From an uncultured Clostridia bacterium (GTDB lineage Bacteria > Bacillota > Clostridia > Oscillospirales > Acutalibacteraceae): 64,000 nucleotides of DNA. The stretch is taken from positions 11,475-75,474 of the forward strand of contig CAJFUH010000003.1 in NCBI GenBank assembly GCA_904420155.1, read 5' to 3'. Of the stretch, positions 63,586 to 64,000 are shown in pieces (positions within the stretch are counted from its first letter, which is position 1; each line of letters starts with the position of its first letter). The notes beneath the pieces are model-generated. The model made no database searches and was not told the DNA's origin. It saw only the letters and a program-made list of their open reading frames with translations. Position numbers and translations under genes: made by a program.

Positions 63586-63735
63586 TTAACACTTAATAAG
63601 TGATATAGATAACAAGACAACAATTAGAGCGATTATTCCCAAAATAAACCGTATGGGAAAAAAGAACGAGCAAGTCAATCCCAGGCCAAATACAAGGGCA
63701 TAAATTCCTTGCTGATGATAGGTAGTTTTGCTCAT
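63586..63735 (-). CDS. hypothetical 49-aa two-helix membrane peptide
   Basis: Hand-found. MSKTTYHQQGIYALVFGLGLTCSFFFPIRFILGIIALIVVLLSISLIKC. Weak RBS (GGTGAG). Ends 21 nt before spoVM. Confidence 0.35.
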   Translation of the reverse strand: MSKTTYHQQGIYALVFGLGLTCSFFFPIRFILGIIALIVVLLSISLIKC

Positions 63736-63854
63736 GAATGTCTCACCGCCATTTCGATAAGTAAGAGACCGGAGACTGTATTCTCATGTCTTTATTCCAG
63801 TATATACAAATTTCAAAAATATGTGAAAAAGAAAATCTTTTCTTTCCCAGAAAC

Positions 63855-63897
63855 AAAAAACAGGCTATTAAACAACAGTCCTGTTGTTAATAGCCTG
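63855..63897 (-). terminator. terminator of an upstream minus-strand gene
   Basis: CAGGCTATTAACAACAG-loop-CTGTTGTTTAATAGCCTG followed by T6 on the minus strand. Confidence 0.7.
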
Positions 63898-63943
63898 ATC
63901 CAAAATATAAAAGCTCTGCCGTTGGAATCAACTGTCGTCCATT

Positions 63944-64000
63944 TTATTGCAGTCGAGAAAGGATCACTAAAACCGGCCCCTGGTGCACGGTTATTACAGC
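63944..64000 (-). other. probable 3' end of an unidentified minus-strand gene entering from beyond the window
   Basis: One frame ends ...VLVILSRLQ-TAA at 63944, 47 nt before the terminator. A second frame stays open through the hairpin. Frame and identity are unresolved. Confidence 0.25.

Overview
This window looks like ordinary core chromosome from an endospore-forming Clostridia-class Firmicute. The evidence is spoIVA, spoVM, yabP/yabQ, a SpoVB/YabM-like flippase, a CIRCE-controlled groESL and moderate GC by eye. About 85% of genes are on the minus strand, in long co-directional, often overlapping runs. In coordinate order the content is as follows.
- ispH (partial), two tandem plsC-like genes, cmk, a BaiN/HI0933-like flavoprotein and an RpiR regulator.
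- A purine operon on the minus strand (transcribed purE-purF-purM-purN-purO-like-purH(AICARFT only)-purD), with a promoter and a terminator-containing leader.
- NfeD/SPFH, groES-groEL with a perfect CIRCE, and a uracil/xanthine permease.
- A plus-strand islet: membrane protein, PduL, ferritin.
- A THUMP methyltransferase, hpf and an amidohydrolase.
- The Bacillus-like block yabM-mazG-(hup)-yabO-yabP-yabQ-divIC-yabR.
- A zinc-ribbon protein, a Udk-like kinase, an orphan fruK-like kinase and an amidase.
- hemZ-like, MBL hydrolase, dtd, relA and recJ.
- cdaA-cdaR, a DUF3343/class-V aminotransferase pair, and ispD-ispF.
- A P-loop ATPase followed by a four-subunit 2-oxoacid:ferredoxin oxidoreductase.
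- An SGNH hydrolase, then YgiQ, a ComEC-like MBL protein and DUF3006.
- TepA-like protein and FtsK.
- acn-icd-rex on the plus strand.
- spoIVA, a SipL-like DUF3794/LysM gene, and a spoVM gene I found by hand (it is below the ORF-track length cutoff).

I found no rRNA, tRNA, CRISPR array, transposase, integrase, prophage or recognisable defence genes. I also found no convincing new multi-gene system. The items most worth a second look are:
- the clustered spoVM/SipL-like/spoIVA module, with an extra 49-codon membrane ORF;
- the unclassified purE leader, where a 27-codon uORF ends 5 nt before an intrinsic terminator;
- a structured repeat architecture upstream of the ATPase-oxidoreductase operon.

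All calls rest on reading the sequence and on motif or family recall. No database search was run.
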